Shown in pieces: positions 28,135-41,479 of a stretch of 64,000 bases of DNA. The stretch is from Tubulanus polymorphus. Lineage: Eukaryota > Animalia > Nemertea. The stretch is taken from the NCBI RefSeq assembly GCF_964204645.1, contig NC_134031.1, positions 9,672,001-9,736,000 of the forward strand, read 5' to 3'. A program made the translations under genes and the position numbers. The notes beneath the pieces are model-generated. The model searched no databases and had not been told where the DNA came from. It saw only the letters and a list, made by a program, of their open reading frames with translations. Numbering within the stretch: the stretch's first letter is position 1; every line of letters begins with the position of its first letter.

Positions 28135-28710
28135 ATGGTAGAATTAAAAGAATATAGAATATTTGTTGATTCAAGAAGACTTACAAATTATAAATCTCAT
28201 TATTTACTAGTACAATTAGATAGAGAATTTAAAATTGTGTAGATTTAAAATTAGTAAATATTAGTTTATGTAACTCTTTTTATAATATATCGGATAAAAG
28301 TATTGAACAAAGAGTCGTTTTAATTCATGATAGAAATAAAAATTGATGGTTTCATCTTTATCTTAAACCAGGATTATATAATTTAGATACATTAGCTCAA
28401 GAAATTAATAAAAGAGCACGCTCGAAAAAGGGGTGCATCTGCTGGATCTGGATTAAGACTTATTAAAAGTGATAGCTCTGATAAAGTAAGAATAAAATTA
28501 GGCAATGAAGATCAACATCAATTTCTAGTTAGAAAACCTTTAGCTAAAATTTTAGGAATTAATCCAGATGTAAGGATACGTAATGCTGATGCTACACCAA
28601 ACTTAATACCTTTTACACATTTTTAAATTTATCGCAATTTAATTGATCCTACCAATAAGGGTAAAAAAATATTTTAAAGCGTTAGGTTTCAGCGATCTCT
28701 AACTCTTTTT
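28135..28710 (+). pseudogene. Minor capsid (penton) pseudogene
   Basis: Starts MVELKEYRIFVDSR exactly as 56260. Frameshifted and 3'-truncated. Confidence 0.75.
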
Positions 28711-29066
28711 GAATTTTGACTTATCATAATAAAAATTTGATATATTTGAAAATTCGATGTGCTCAAAGTTAATTAAAGTTCCCGCGAAAGAAATGAATAA
28801 TAAATACATAAATTCAATATTGTATTATTTAACTGCTAATAATAATTTAGCTGACATTTCAGGAGTAAATATTAAAAATAAGTATTAAAATCGGATAAAA
28901 ATGAATTAATTGAAACGTCAGATATATTTTGCGATAATACAATGCTATATAAAATCATGTTAGAACAAGAAATTATTAAAGAAAATAGAACAACTTAACT
29001 AACGTTAATCAGAGAAAGATAACACATTATGAAATAAAAGAATGTTTTAATCAAGGAAATATTATA

Positions 29067-30191
29067 TTGGGTAACATAGCTATAAAAATTACACGTGTTT
29101 TTACATTTCATAATGATAATTCAAAATCATATATCTTAACTAGAATTAATCAAGAATTAAAATTAACAGATTATATTGATGTATTTAAAATTTCATTTTG
29201 CAATCAAAATTTAAATGAATTAATTCAGAAAATGGATAATATTGAAAAATTATTAAATGAAAAAAATTACAATATATTAGATGTAGATGTTACACAAGAT
29301 TTTAAAGGATCATTTAATTCAGATGAAATAAAATCATTGTTCGAAAATAGAAAATATAAAGTTCTAAAAGAATTCTCTAATAGTTGTATTTCAGCATTAC
29401 ATAAGGATGATAAGATAAAAAACTATAATAAAACAGCATGTCAATTCAAATATCCTGGTGTAAATACAAATTTCGGTTCAAATTTAATGAGTTACATAAA
29501 TTGCTATCAAGAAAGATTAAAAGAATCATTTGAAAAATCAAATGAAACAGGATTAATTAGGATCGAAATAACTAGTATTTCATTTAAAAGAGGATTAATA
29601 GTGATGGAAAAAATAAAACAATACTTGAAAAAAGAAAATATTTACTATTCACCTGCATATTTACAACTTAAATCATTATTTGATGAGGTAAAACCGACTG
29701 TATGTATTAATGATTTGATTGGAAAATGCCTTTATTTCTGTTATTATGGTGATTTATTAGCAAGAAAATTTGTAGGATATAAATCTAGGATAAGTAAAAA
29801 TATTGAAGAGTCCTCCTTTTTACTCATTTTATCAATGTTTACAATTAAGAATATCCCATGTTTATACCTCACAATTAATCAAAATGGTGATAAATCAGAA
29901 TCCATTATTGAAGCAAAAAAATATATTAAAACTGAAGGAGCAACTGTTATATCTTCAACTAATTCATTGTTTACAGTATTGAATAAATTTATATTTAGAT
30001 TTAAATTGCGTGAAACAGGAATTAGTTTTACAACTTTAAAAAAGAGGTACAATATAAAATCTAAACCTTTTTATAAATTAGATGCACTTGATATTGACGA
30101 AGATTTTGATTTAAGATTATTATCCAAAAGTCAATTTAAAAGATTAGAAGAAATGAAAGAACTTAAAACAATTTCAAGAAGATATCGATGA
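29067..30191 (+). CDS. Largest open piece of a broken gene (about 28760-31020) with Rep_trans-like rolling-circle initiator motifs
   Basis: 374-aa ORF with ILDVDVTQDF, IKNYNK and LIRIEIT in the order typical of Rep_trans/phage CRI nickases. Family assignment unverified. Confidence 0.45.
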   Translation: MGNIAIKITRVFTFHNDNSKSYILTRINQELKLTDYIDVFKISFCNQNLNELIQKMDNIEKLLNEKNYNILDVDVTQDFKGSFNSDEIKSLFENRKYKVLKEFSNSCISALHKDDKIKNYNKTACQFKYPGVNTNFGSNLMSYINCYQERLKESFEKSNETGLIRIEITSISFKRGLIVMEKIKQYLKKENIYYSPAYLQLKSLFDEVKPTVCINDLIGKCLYFCYYGDLLARKFVGYKSRISKNIEESSFLLILSMFTIKNIPCLYLTINQNGDKSESIIEAKKYIKTEGATVISSTNSLFTVLNKFIFRFKLRETGISFTTLKKRYNIKSKPFYKLDALDIDEDFDLRLLSKSQFKRLEEMKELKTISRRYR

Positions 30192-31108
30192 AAATAAAAA
30201 TAAAATTTGTAATGAATTAAAGCAACAATTAGGTATTGATAATGAATTATTTGAGACAGAATTTAAAAAACTTGAAATAATTCCTGAAGTAAAATTAAAT
30301 GATTATACTCCTAGAATATCTGGAATTGAAAATAATACAATTTTTTTTAATTTAGAGGTTTTTCAACTAAATATAAATGTTTAACAGATCTTTATCTCAG
30401 TTATATTTTAACAGATCAAGGATTATTTGAAACTACTACTGAATTATTGATTAAAACATTACAATTAGACGTATTAAATGGTACTAATTTTGAATTGTCT
30501 TCGATAGAAAACATTATCAAAAAGTTAAAAATAGGAGTTCATAGCCCTGATAGACACTTTATTTTATCAAAATTAGAAAAACCTATTTTCCAAGTAAAGA
30601 AGATAACACACGATCATTCTGAAATAATTGATAAAATGGATTTTGAATTGATGAAAAAATATACTGAATATTTGAAGATAAATTCTAATGATTTCATTAA
30701 TGTATGTGATATACGTTAAGAGTCTGATTATTCAAGAAAACTAAATCTTAACAATATGAAAATTAAGCAATGCGAGCGTTTAGAACTGTTGAAAGATAAT
30801 TCTGAATATAATATTGATTTCATTAATCCTAGATATTTTAGAAATAGATTGCACCATCTAATTTTAATTCAGAATGATGAAAATATTAACATATCAAATG
30901 AATTTTTCGATAAAGGAATGATTAAGAATAATATTCACAGAATATCAGGTAATAAAATTGATTACGCACAAGCAAAAATATAATTCTCAGCGGCATAATG
31001 AATTAGTAGTAAGTTTAATTGTTATTTGATTTGAAACATATAAATATTTAATATTTTAATAATATAAATCAAATTACTTATTAATCTTTAATTTTTTTCT
31101 TTTAATAA

Positions 31109-31315
31109 ATGGATGGTTTCATTCCAACTGGGAAAAGTGATTTGAAACATTATTTAGTTGCTGGAGGTTTAATATTGGCTGCACTTTACTTTTACTATGA
31201 AAATATTAGTAAGGATCTAATGAATGAAAATATTAAATTGAGCAAGAAATTAAAGAAGTTAAATGGGAATCATAGAAATAAAAAAGTTAATGATTTAAAA
31301 GAATTAGAGGATTAA
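31109..31315 (+). CDS. Small single-pass membrane protein of the element
   Basis: TAAATG start, hydrophobic YLVAGGLILAALYFYY, homologue at 1093. Confidence 0.6.
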   Translation: MDGFIPTGKSDLKHYLVAGGLILAALYFYYENISKDLMNENIKLSKKLKKLNGNHRNKKVNDLKELED

Positions 31316-31888
31316 AACAGCATCTTTTAATTTAATTTATTTTATATATTTTAATTGTTTTTTACAAGCATTAAATGTTCTTTTCCCCTTCCGTCTCTCC
31401 ATAAAACCTAGTCGATGTCTCAGACTAGCAAATCAAGTTATTCAGTCTCTACATATCATTATCACACGTTAAAGGCGATCACCACACATTTTAAACGTAC
31501 GAATTTTTAAATCTTAAAGGATGAATTAAAATTAAGGTTCACTAATTTTAAAAATGCATACTTGTCACACACGCTCACCAATTTTTGAACATTGTGATGA
31601 TACATAGTAAATTGTTTTCAAAGTTAACCCAATTCTAATTTCCAGTCAAAATGTTTTGTATATAACCTACACCACATAGAAAATCAGTTATATTCATCAG
31701 TTATACTAATTATTCCCTGATGCAGGTCTACTTTATTCTTAATTGACAATTGTGACCACTTAAGGGTTCTTATCAAAGAACCCTTATGTCTCGAAGAACC
31801 CCAATCTGCATTCCATATTGTTGAAGAACCTTAAAGCCTCACCAAAAACCCCTGGGTTCTTCGAAGAACCCCCGAAGAACCATTTGTT

Positions 31889-34257
31889 CTAAGAGTGTAC
31901 CACTATGCACATCAGATGATATCCTACAGCATTCCCCACACTCTCTTCTTCACTGAATTCATAACGCCTTTTAATTGCCTTTCTTGAACTCACATCCCTG
32001 ACCTCTACATTTCTGTCAACATCTATTCGCTTGCCACAGCATGCACATTCATCCCCTTGGGTGCCACGCGATTCACACATAGCACTACCTCATAGTGCAC
32101 ACCACTACAATTATGCAAATATAAATTACCATTGGATTCATATCCATCATAGACAGATGCAAAGGCTGCCCCTGAAAATCGTTGCCAACTTCCATTTATG
32201 TATGTGTATATATCAACCTTAAGAAAAGCAGCAGTGGCCAAAATTTCAACCTTAGTGGCCAAAGTGTTTACATATTTCATGCGGGAGTTATCAATATATT
32301 GATCCACACTTACTTGTGCATTTCTCAAATGTGGTTGAAACATACAGCATTCTGCTTCATATGCTTAATAACTTTGGTTCGCAGCACACGGTGATACCTC
32401 TCTAAACGTGTAATATAATATGATACAGCTCTGAAAAAGCAACTACCATCACCTTTTATTTGATGAGAACTGCATGGTGAACCTAATGGACCAGCATACG
32501 AAGGCATGCAGTTGTAGCCAAGGTCTGACATTGGAATACCAAAAACCGATGAACATGGAACATCAATATACGAACATAGTTGCTTACATTGCAACAGGTT
32601 GGTATATAAATGAACAATCATCATGGGAAGTTCCTGTGACAACCACATCATTATCATCATTAGTATATGATTGAGATTGTTGTTCAGTGGATTGCGATAC
32701 AACATTATGAGCTAGCAACAAATGCGAATCTTCAATGTACGTACCCTGGTTAATATATACCCCTGTCACCTCATTTTGAATCGGCTCATTTAAATGCATT
32801 GAGGCGGCTAGCAGCTGACAATGATTTACAACATCGCTAATTCAATTGCAAACCAATTGTTGCCGCAACACCATTGCAAATCCTTCAGGGGTCATCATAC
32901 CAGTTGCGTCACGTGAATGCGAATCAAATATCCAATATTTACCATCCTGTTTTAATACACAAAATGTATTACCAACAAATGTAACAAAACATGTACTGTA
33001 GTTACGAAAAGCCATCGTCAAACATTCACACAATTGCATTACTACGCCAAAGGCTCCAATTCGCATTTCATCACTTAAAGCTGACATCCCTACATACGAG
33101 GTTCCTACATATACATTGTATACACTTCCCCCTCTTTCTATTGCATTTGCAAGCTCATTCACTAACAAATATACATGGGATATAGCATTCATCCTTATCA
33201 AATTAGTATATATATCATTACCAGTATTCAAAACACAATCAATATCATTTGATTTTCACGTTAAAATTCCCTTATTTAGCGCATATATACGTGCCACTAA
33301 TGACTTTGCCACACATTGCTTACCAGAATATATTCCAAATTTTGAGTGCCCTTGGTGGCAGTTTCCACCCACTATCCATTTTGTCATTAATGATGCCGTT
33401 GTGTTTGGTGAACTACATCCCATTGCATGCACTACATCACATCTTGACAATTCATTCCTGTTTTCAATCAAGGAATCATTAATTACATCTGCCGTAGCTG
33501 GCATAAAATCATTAACTACATGAGACGAGGCTGCCATGGAATCAATTACTACATGTGCTGTAGCTGGCATAGAATCATATCCTACATGAGACATAGCTGG
33601 CATAGAATCATTAACTGCGTGAATTGGGTAGTATCTACCGTAGAATCATTTACTACATGTGCTGTAGCTACCAAGGAATCATTAACTACATTAGCTGTAG
33701 CTGGCATAGAATCATTAACTACATTAGCCGTAGCTGGCATAGAATCATTAACTACATTAGCCGTAGCTGGCATAGAATCATTAACTACATTAGCCGTAGC
33801 TGGCATAGAATCAGTAACTACATTAGCCGTAGCTGGAAAGAATCATTAACTACATTAGCCGTAGCATCATTAACTACATCAGCCGTAGCTGGCATAGAAT
33901 CATTAACTACATTAGCCGTAGCTGGCAAGGAATCATTAACTATATTAGCCGTAGCTGGCAAGGAATCATTAACTACATTAGCCGTAGCTGGCATAGAATC
34001 ATTAACTACATTAGCCGTAGCTGGCAAGGAATCAAAATTTTTTACTACATGAGCTATACCTGACCTAATATCATAAACTGCATTTGCTGTAGCTGACTGG
34101 CGATTTTTGGACAAAGAAGCCATCACCTGAAAAAAATAATACATCACCATTAAAATTAATATAAAATTAGACAGCAAATGAAATCACAGGCGCATTAATG
34201 ATATTAAATTACCTCTTTTGGTTGAAACCAATTTTTACGATTTTTCCTTTTCGGCAT
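31889..34257 (-). pseudogene. Spliced Helentron/Helitron-type gene remnant with herpes-tegument-like (peptidase C76) and OTU cysteine protease domains
   Basis: 45-nt first exon (MPKRKNRKNWFQPKE, 34213-34257) and 86-nt GT-AG intron, then an 11-aa repeat. C76 motifs HQG...GKQC and FDSHSRD; OTU motifs GDGSCFFRAVS and HYEVV. Several frameshifts. Confidence 0.7.
33470..34050. repeat. 33-bp coding minisatellite (MPATANVVNDS, about 17 units)
   Basis: GAATCATTAACTACATTAGCCGTAGCTGGCATA repeated. Confidence 0.9.
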
Positions 34258-34857
34258 ATAAAAATAATGCTACATATCAACAGCACTACAAACCAAATTT
34301 CAACCATTTGAAAACGTGATCTAATTGAGCAACTGCCGTGTTATACGATCCACTCATTTTTGCGATGGCTGGCCAAAGTCCCAGCAATATGGATCGCTAA
34401 TGTGGACGGGATCATTCATTGACTAATGCATTATCATGCATCAATTTGTTAGGAATGCAATTTGGATTCAGAAATAAACATCAATTTCACTAAAATCCTT
34501 TCTATTATTTATCAACGCTCATTTACCAACATGCTACAAAACGTATTCAGTAGGTGGCGCCATGTGACAGGCCAGTAAACAATCGATGAAAACGCAAAAA
34601 TTATACCAATAGGTCATCATAATTTATATCTGAATGGGGTCATTCATTTATAACGTACGCATTAGGGGAGGGGGATGGGTCAGTGCAATTGCGTACTGTA
34701 ATGCTTAATGTATACGAAAAATTCAAATTTTATGCGTACGTAATAAATGAATGATCCCAATGCAAAAAACATGCTGACCTGATTGATGCATTATAACGAT
34801 ATTATGGACTTAAACGTCGCATAGAGATCTTAGTGACAGACGAGTAGTCCTAATGTC

Positions 34858-36708
34858 AACCTGACTTGAGAGCATTCCTGGTGGTCTAACTCAGTCAGTT
34901 TTTGCAATACATACCCGATAGAATTCTTATTAATAACAGAATGCACTGGCAGTTGTCCTAAAATATCGTCTCTTAATCCACTTCAAACTGTATTGAAGGA
35001 TATTTGAAAAGTCTGCATTGTAAGGGGTTCCTGCGAGAAAAGACTCCATGATTTGACAGTTTAACAATATGTCTCCATGCCTACCACAGGGGCTCGTATC
35101 AGAGCTGTAGGTTATGTAACAACGGTAATCTGTTAATCAAATGCATATAGTATATATAAAATAACAAGGGGGCTAACGACGCTCACAAACTACTCAACTT
35201 CAGTCGCTTACTATTTCGTTATTTCTCATCCGATTTTGATAATCTAGGCATGACATGTAAGCTAATAGCTTCCTGCTTCTAACATAACTAATCCCGTTAA
35301 CTTCCAATGAATAGTTTGTGAATTATATGTCTTTGACATGACAGAAGGGCCAAAATTGCCTGTACCGAAAATGCTATGACGCCGCTTTTTGCCGATTATG
35401 AAATTTAAAATGTTGAGTTCGACACGAAATCCGTCGCTGATTTTGATGATCATGGCCTTCAAATGCGCAAAACATTCTATATTTTCTGGATATTGCGATT
35501 GTTTCTTTAATCCATACGATCTTCAAGCATTGCAATCGGGAATTTACCAATTTTGCGTCAATTCACGCACTCGACACGCGATCTCGAAATGGCCACCCTG
35601 AACATGAACTAGCAACAGGTCCGCAGTGAATTTCATTTCGCAACAATTCAATCAAATAATGTTTTATCATATTCAAGCTAGAATAAACACGATCAAGTTA
35701 CAATTGATTCTGAATTTCACGTAAATATACACGGAAAATAAATTGGAAATAAAATTCATTTTGGTTCGGCATTGCGCTATCATTGAGGGAGATGACAGTC
35801 GCCATTGTGAGATCGCACATGGAGTTCGTGTTTTGACGTAAAATTCGCGTTTTCATTGTTGGAAGATTGTATGATATAACGAAACAACCGCAATATTTAG
35901 AAAATATAGAATGTTGTGCCCATTTGAAGCACTCGACCATCAAAATCGGATAAGGATTTCGCAACGAACTCAACGTTTAAAATTTCGAAAATCGACAAAA
36001 ACCGGCGTAATAGCATTTTCAGTCCATGCGATTTCGGCCCTAATTTTGCGTTCAAAGATATATATATATCATGAACTATCCATTGCAAATGAACGTGAAT
36101 AATTTCGTTAGAAGCAGGTAGCTATTAGCCTTCTTAACATCATGCGTTAGCCCCCTTGTTATTTTATATATACTATATACATTGGATTTTTACATTACAT
36201 CCAACTCTGATACGAGCCCCTGTGATGTCTACCAACTGAAGTTTGGTACGTAGGCATGGAAACATATTGTTAAACTTTCAAATCATGGAGTCACTTCTCT
36301 TCATTCAAGCCCTTCCAATCAAAACATTTTGGATACCTATCCTTCAATACAGTTTCTAATGGATAAAGTAATGATGATTTAGGTCGACTGCCAGTCCTTT
36401 CTGGTCCTATTAAGACCGTTATCAGGTATGTACAACCAAAAATTAACGACCTAGACTAGTCTAGTATCTAGCCGTTGCTCCTGAAACAACGTCTAGGGCG
36501 AAAGTGTTCATATAAGGTTAATTTTCGTCTCTCATTTTGAGGGACGAGGCTTTGAGCGTCTATTTCACCCCTTAAAACACCATGAACTTACCTCAAACTG
36601 ACTATATGATACTTTAGCGCCAGACGTTGTAGGGAACCGTAGTAACAACGACTGGTATTCAGACTACGAGCTAGACCACCCGGAACGCTCTCAGTCTCAA
36701 GTCAGGAT
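34858..36708. mobile_element. Outer fold-back MITE-like element
   Basis: CCTGACTTGAGA at the left mirrors TCTCAAGTCAGG at the right. 34940-35084 mirrors about 36250-36400. Confidence 0.6.
35085..36224. mobile_element. Inner palindromic MITE with an 8-bp TSD (hAT- or P-type)
   Basis: TIR CACAGGGGCTCGTATCAGAG / CTCTGATACGAGCCCCTGTG, flanked by ATGCCTAC / ATGTCTAC. Internal arms are also mirrored. Confidence 0.75.
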
Positions 36709-37071
36709 GAAATAGACAATATAGTAAGACTAAGAATGACCGACGCACGAGGGTGGAATATACACAACATATGCCTTTCAACGCAAAAAAACCTATCATT
36801 ACGATCGGCACGATGACTCGCCAACAAGTTGCTGTATGTTGTCCAAATCTGCATACACTACAGTTGAAACCAGTTTGAAAACCAATTCACGATGTTTTAA
36901 GCACGAATAAGCTACACAGGACGCTTACAAATCGCGGAAGTCTTTCAGACTGCGGACCGGACCAGAAAAATGCAATACCGAATCCAATACAGCCGGCTTT
37001 ATTCAATTCCGAAATACTGTTCCGAAATGCCGGCAAACAACATACCCGTACGCAAATGTGTTTCATACATG

Positions 37072-37183
<112 letters not shown>

Positions 37184-38225
37184 GCATCATAAGTAATAGG
37201 GATAATAGGCTTTCATACCAAAGGTCGAACGGTCGAGCTCATAAAAAATGAAAAATATGAAAATAACAATAATTTCTATTTGAATTAGTAGCGAAACTCA
37301 TAAAAAATTCTCACACACTCGAATTTATTTTTCATTTTTACTCGCTAGAAAAAAGTGTGAGTAAAGTGTGAGTGAAATAAATTCGAGTGTGTGAGAATTA
37401 TTTTTCATTTTTTATGAGTTTCACTCCTAATTCAAGTAGAAATTGTTATTATTTTCATGTTTTTTATTTTTAATGAACTCGCCCCTTCAACCTTAAATAT
37501 GAAAGCCTATTATCCCTATTACTCTTAAAATATTCATATACATGAATAAAATATATATGAATAACATATAAATTGATAGATTATTCAATATAAAAGTGTG
37601 AGTGAAATAATTCATATTTAAAACATTGAATATTTATATTTGAATGAGTTTTAATAAAAATTTTGTTATAAAAATGAAGAAAGAAGAAGAAGAACCCAAC
37701 TTTAAAATCGAAATCAATGAAACCAATAAATCATTTTCACAGTTTTACATTAAAAATTATATTTCAGCAACAAATTTAGTGTCTGCAAGACATTATAAAA
37801 TCGATAATATTACTATGATTAATCAAATATTATCAAATGAAACATATTTAATTATTGAACTAGTAGATACTTTTGATAATGGCGTTAAAAATCCTAAAAT
37901 ATTCAATACAGTTTTTAATTTTAAAGGAACTTAATATTAATTCATTTAAATTTTGATTGCATAATGAAATTTTAAATACAGCAATATAATCTGTTAATTT
38001 TAATTCTTGATTAATTCTACTTAATATATATGATTTTGAATTATCATCATGAATTGTTAAAACACGCTAAGTTATCCAAAAACGCTCGGGTGAGAGCGAG
38101 TTGGCTTCTGCGCATGCGTCAATTTGCATAATAAATTATTCTGAAAACTACAACATTCAAACATGTAAATTAAAGCAGATATACACAATCAAGAATAAGT
38201 TTTTTTTATAACACTATGTGGATGC

Positions 38226-38508
38226 TATTTATCATTTCAACAGTCAAACAATTTATCATTTCAACAGTCAAACAATTTATCATTTCAACTGTCAAACAAT
38301 TTATCATTTCAACAGTCAATCAATTTATCATTTCAACAGTCAAACAATTTATCATTTCAACTGTCAATCAATTTATCATTTTAACTGTCAATCAATTTAT
38401 CATTTCAACTGTCAAACAATTTATCATTTCAACAGTCAATCAATTTATCATTTCAACAGTCAAACAATTTATCATTTCAACTGTCAATCAATTTATCATT
38501 TTAACAGT
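38226..38508. repeat. 24-bp tandem repeat, about 12 units
   Basis: ATTTATCATTTCAACAGTCAAACA repeated with minor variants. Confidence 0.9.
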
Positions 38509-38561
38509 CTATTAGATATTTAAATCATTTAACTCAATTCAATAATTATAATGTAGAATTG

Positions 38562-39212
38562 TTACTCTTTACGCCAGTTTTTATGTTTAATTGTTTCATA
38601 ATGCTTTGATTTATGTGATTTTAAATATTTACCTCCGCAATAACAATGCACTTTTTCATTAGGATTGAATTTTCTAAATTCATCATCTAATTTACATTGA
38701 ACTGCAATATCTTTAAATGATTTTTCATTATCTAATTCACATTGAATGCCAATATTTGATGAATTTTCATTATAGATAATTAGTTTATTATCAAAATTGA
38801 AATAATATAATTGTCTTTTTTCAATTCTTAAGTTAATCAAATCATTGTAATCTTTTGAAAGTATTATATCATCATTTCTTTCATTGAAAGGGGTTTTAAG
38901 AATATTAATTATGTTTTCATCTAAAGTTCCTTTAAAATTAAAAACTGTATTGAATATTTTAGGATTTTTAACGCCATTATCAAAAGTATCTACTAGTTCA
39001 ATAATTAAATATGTTTCATTTGATAATATTTGATTAATCATAGTAATATTATCGATTTTATAATGTCTTGCAGACACTAAATTTGTTGCTGAAATATAAT
39101 TTTTAATGAAAAACTGTGAAAATGATTTATTGGTTTCATTGATTTCGATTTTAAAGTTGGGTTCTTCTTCTTCTTTCTTCATTTTTATAACAAAATTTTT
39201 ATTAAAACTCAT
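38562..39212 (-). CDS. Intact 216-aa subterminal protein with a C-terminal C2H2-like zinc finger
   Basis: CYCGGKY...KHYETIKH. Homologues at 301-974 and, inside the other TIR, 37644-37934. Confidence 0.7.
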   Translation of the reverse strand: MSFNKNFVIKMKKEEEEPNFKIEINETNKSFSQFFIKNYISATNLVSARHYKIDNITMINQILSNETYLIIELVDTFDNGVKNPKIFNTVFNFKGTLDENIINILKTPFNERNDDIILSKDYNDLINLRIEKRQLYYFNFDNKLIIYNENSSNIGIQCELDNEKSFKDIAVQCKLDDEFRKFNPNEKVHCYCGGKYLKSHKSKHYETIKHKNWRKE

Positions 39213-41479
39213 TCAAATATAAATATTTAATGTTTTAAATATGAATTATTTCACTCACACTTTTATATTGAATAATCTATCAATCTATATGTTATTCATA
39301 TATATTTTATTCATGTATATGAATATTTTAAGAGTAATAGGGATAATAGGCTTTCTTATCTAAGGTTGAAGGGGCGAGTTCATTAAAAATGAAAAACATG
39401 AAAATAATAACAATTTCTACTTGAATTAGGAGTGAAACTCATAAAAAATGAAAAATAATTCTCACACACTCGAATTTATTTCACTCACACTTTACTCACA
39501 CTTTTTTCTAGCGAGTAAAAATGAAAAATAAATTCGAGTGTGTGAGAATTATTTTTCATTTTTTATGAGTTTCGCTACTAATTCAAATAGAAATTATTGT
39601 TATTTTCATATTTTTCATTTTTTATGAGCTCGACCGTTCGACCTTTGGTATGAAAGCCTATTATCCCTATTACTATCATAGTCAAATACCCTGTGGGTGT
39701 CGCACAAATCCATATTCAAACATCCTATTGATCAAGGGGATCACTGATCGGCACAGAGTCGGACACGAGGCGATACCTGCACATTGAAGCCCGCGCGTCA
39801 TTTCTTTTGATACCTCGTCAACACAAGTTTTCCCGCTGCAACTGCTATTCTCTAAGCCCACGGGCAAATCACTGGGAGTGCGTCATTCATTTTGATTTCA
39901 TCTCTGCCCATTGGCGAGGCGAGGCCCAGCGCGGATCCGCGGAACCACGATCGATGTAGAGACACACAATGATTCAACATCTTTACAGCTCGGCAGTGCA
40001 TATAATAATTACAGAATTATATACCATGCAATGATGAACAAAATGGGTAAGTGTTAAAATTACTGTTTGAAGACCGCGGCTGAATGTGAAGTCTGCGGCA
40101 ATAAATGAGTTCATTTATACATGAATTGATAATCGAAGTGACACTCGGCCTGAGGGTTGATTTCGGGATGACGACTCAAAAAACATGTCGCCCCATTGAA
40201 TGGGGCTAAATTTCCGGTGTTTCCGTGCTTTTGTAACGATGATTCGTGAAAAAACCCGCGAAGTATTTGTAGATCTCAGTGAGCTGAACGATATCATACG
40301 GCCTGTATCGACAACAGCGGAAAGGTAACAAAGCCTTTGTTCTTTTAGTGAAAATAGTGTGACATAAAATAATAATAATAATAATCACGCGAATCTCAAT
40401 AAGGTTTTCTGTGATGTAACAGAAAACCCTAATAAGAAACACGCGAATCTCAATAGGGTTTTCTGTGATGTAACAGAAAACCCTAAATATACCTGCAAAG
40501 CAGCAATAACAGGTTTTCTGCACAGTCTTAGAATCCTTTTCAACGGTGGATTTCGACAAAGCATTTGATAAAGCACAGCATCAGCCATTACTAAACAGGC
40601 TATTAGGAAACAGTATCAATGATAGGTCGCCCAAATGGCTCAGCAGTAATCTCTGAACGAAAACTTGTAGCCCAAATCAATGGAACGCCTCATCTTGAAA
40701 TAAGTCGGTCTATCTAGTGGAGTCACGCAAGGTAGTATCCTAAGTCGTCTTCTGTTTGATGTCCTGACAAATGACATACACAGTAATCCAAAATATACCA
40801 GACCAAGTAAATTTCCAAAACGATCTTAACACGCTGTTTGACCAAAAAACTTAATGTTCCGACAAGAAAATCTTGTTCGAATAAAAACAATTCTGTTTGA
40901 TCGAACAATACGCTTTCTGTTGGAACCAAAACTTTTCTTCATTCTGAAAAAAGAATTTGTTCGAATAAAAATGAAAAACTTTTTGTCCCAGCAAAAAAAT
41001 TTGGTTGAGCGAAAACAATTTTTTTCTAACAAATGTTTGAATGAAAACAATTCTGAACGTAATACTTAGTACTTTCGGTTCAGAGAAAAAACTTTTACAA
41101 TATACTTGTTCGAACGAAAGACTTGAAAGGCTGAATCCAAGATCCGAAGATATTGTAGATACTCTTTGAGGATGAGAAATGTGATGAGCGATTCCCAACT
41201 CTAACCAATAAAAGTCGAGATTTGAGTTAAATTTGTTTACTAATTGTTAATAGTTATGTAGAATTAAGATAAATCGAAATTTCCTTCTTTTCAATTTGAA
41301 AAAATGCAGCAATTTTCAAGCATAGTTCTGCATTTATTTTTGGGTTTATTCTTAGATTAAAAGCACAATCATAAATTCAGGCTATAACCTCTCATTACTG
41401 AAATGGTGGTTTATTTTCAACGGGGGCCTGGATGTCTCTGCATCTTAAGATGTGCATTTCGGAGTGTTCGAATTTCCCT

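Larger units (their letters stand above)
27591..31380 (+). mobile_element. Polinton-like remnant (copy D)
   Basis: Starts AGTAATAGGGAATAAG (partly deleted palindrome to 27704). Contains a small broken ORF, a minor capsid pseudogene, a long broken ORF and a small TM ORF shared with copy A. Confidence 0.75.
37192..39674. mobile_element. Non-autonomous mini-Polinton, 2483 bp
   Basis: AGT...ACT ends, near-identical TIRs 37192-37932 and 38924-39674, and an exact 6-bp TSD ATCATA at 37186-37191 and 39675-39680. Confidence 0.9.

Noticed and set aside
33520-34052. Plus-strand repetitive ORFs (ESLTTLAVAG, HRIINYISRSW)
   Set aside because: Antisense readings of the 33-bp repeat; splice signals and protease motifs are on the minus strand.
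38226-38508. 24-bp array as a CRISPR, or ORFs 38216-38515 and 38218-38523 as genes
   Set aside because: Head-to-tail repeats with no unique spacers and no cas genes; the ORFs are a by-product of a stop-free repeat.
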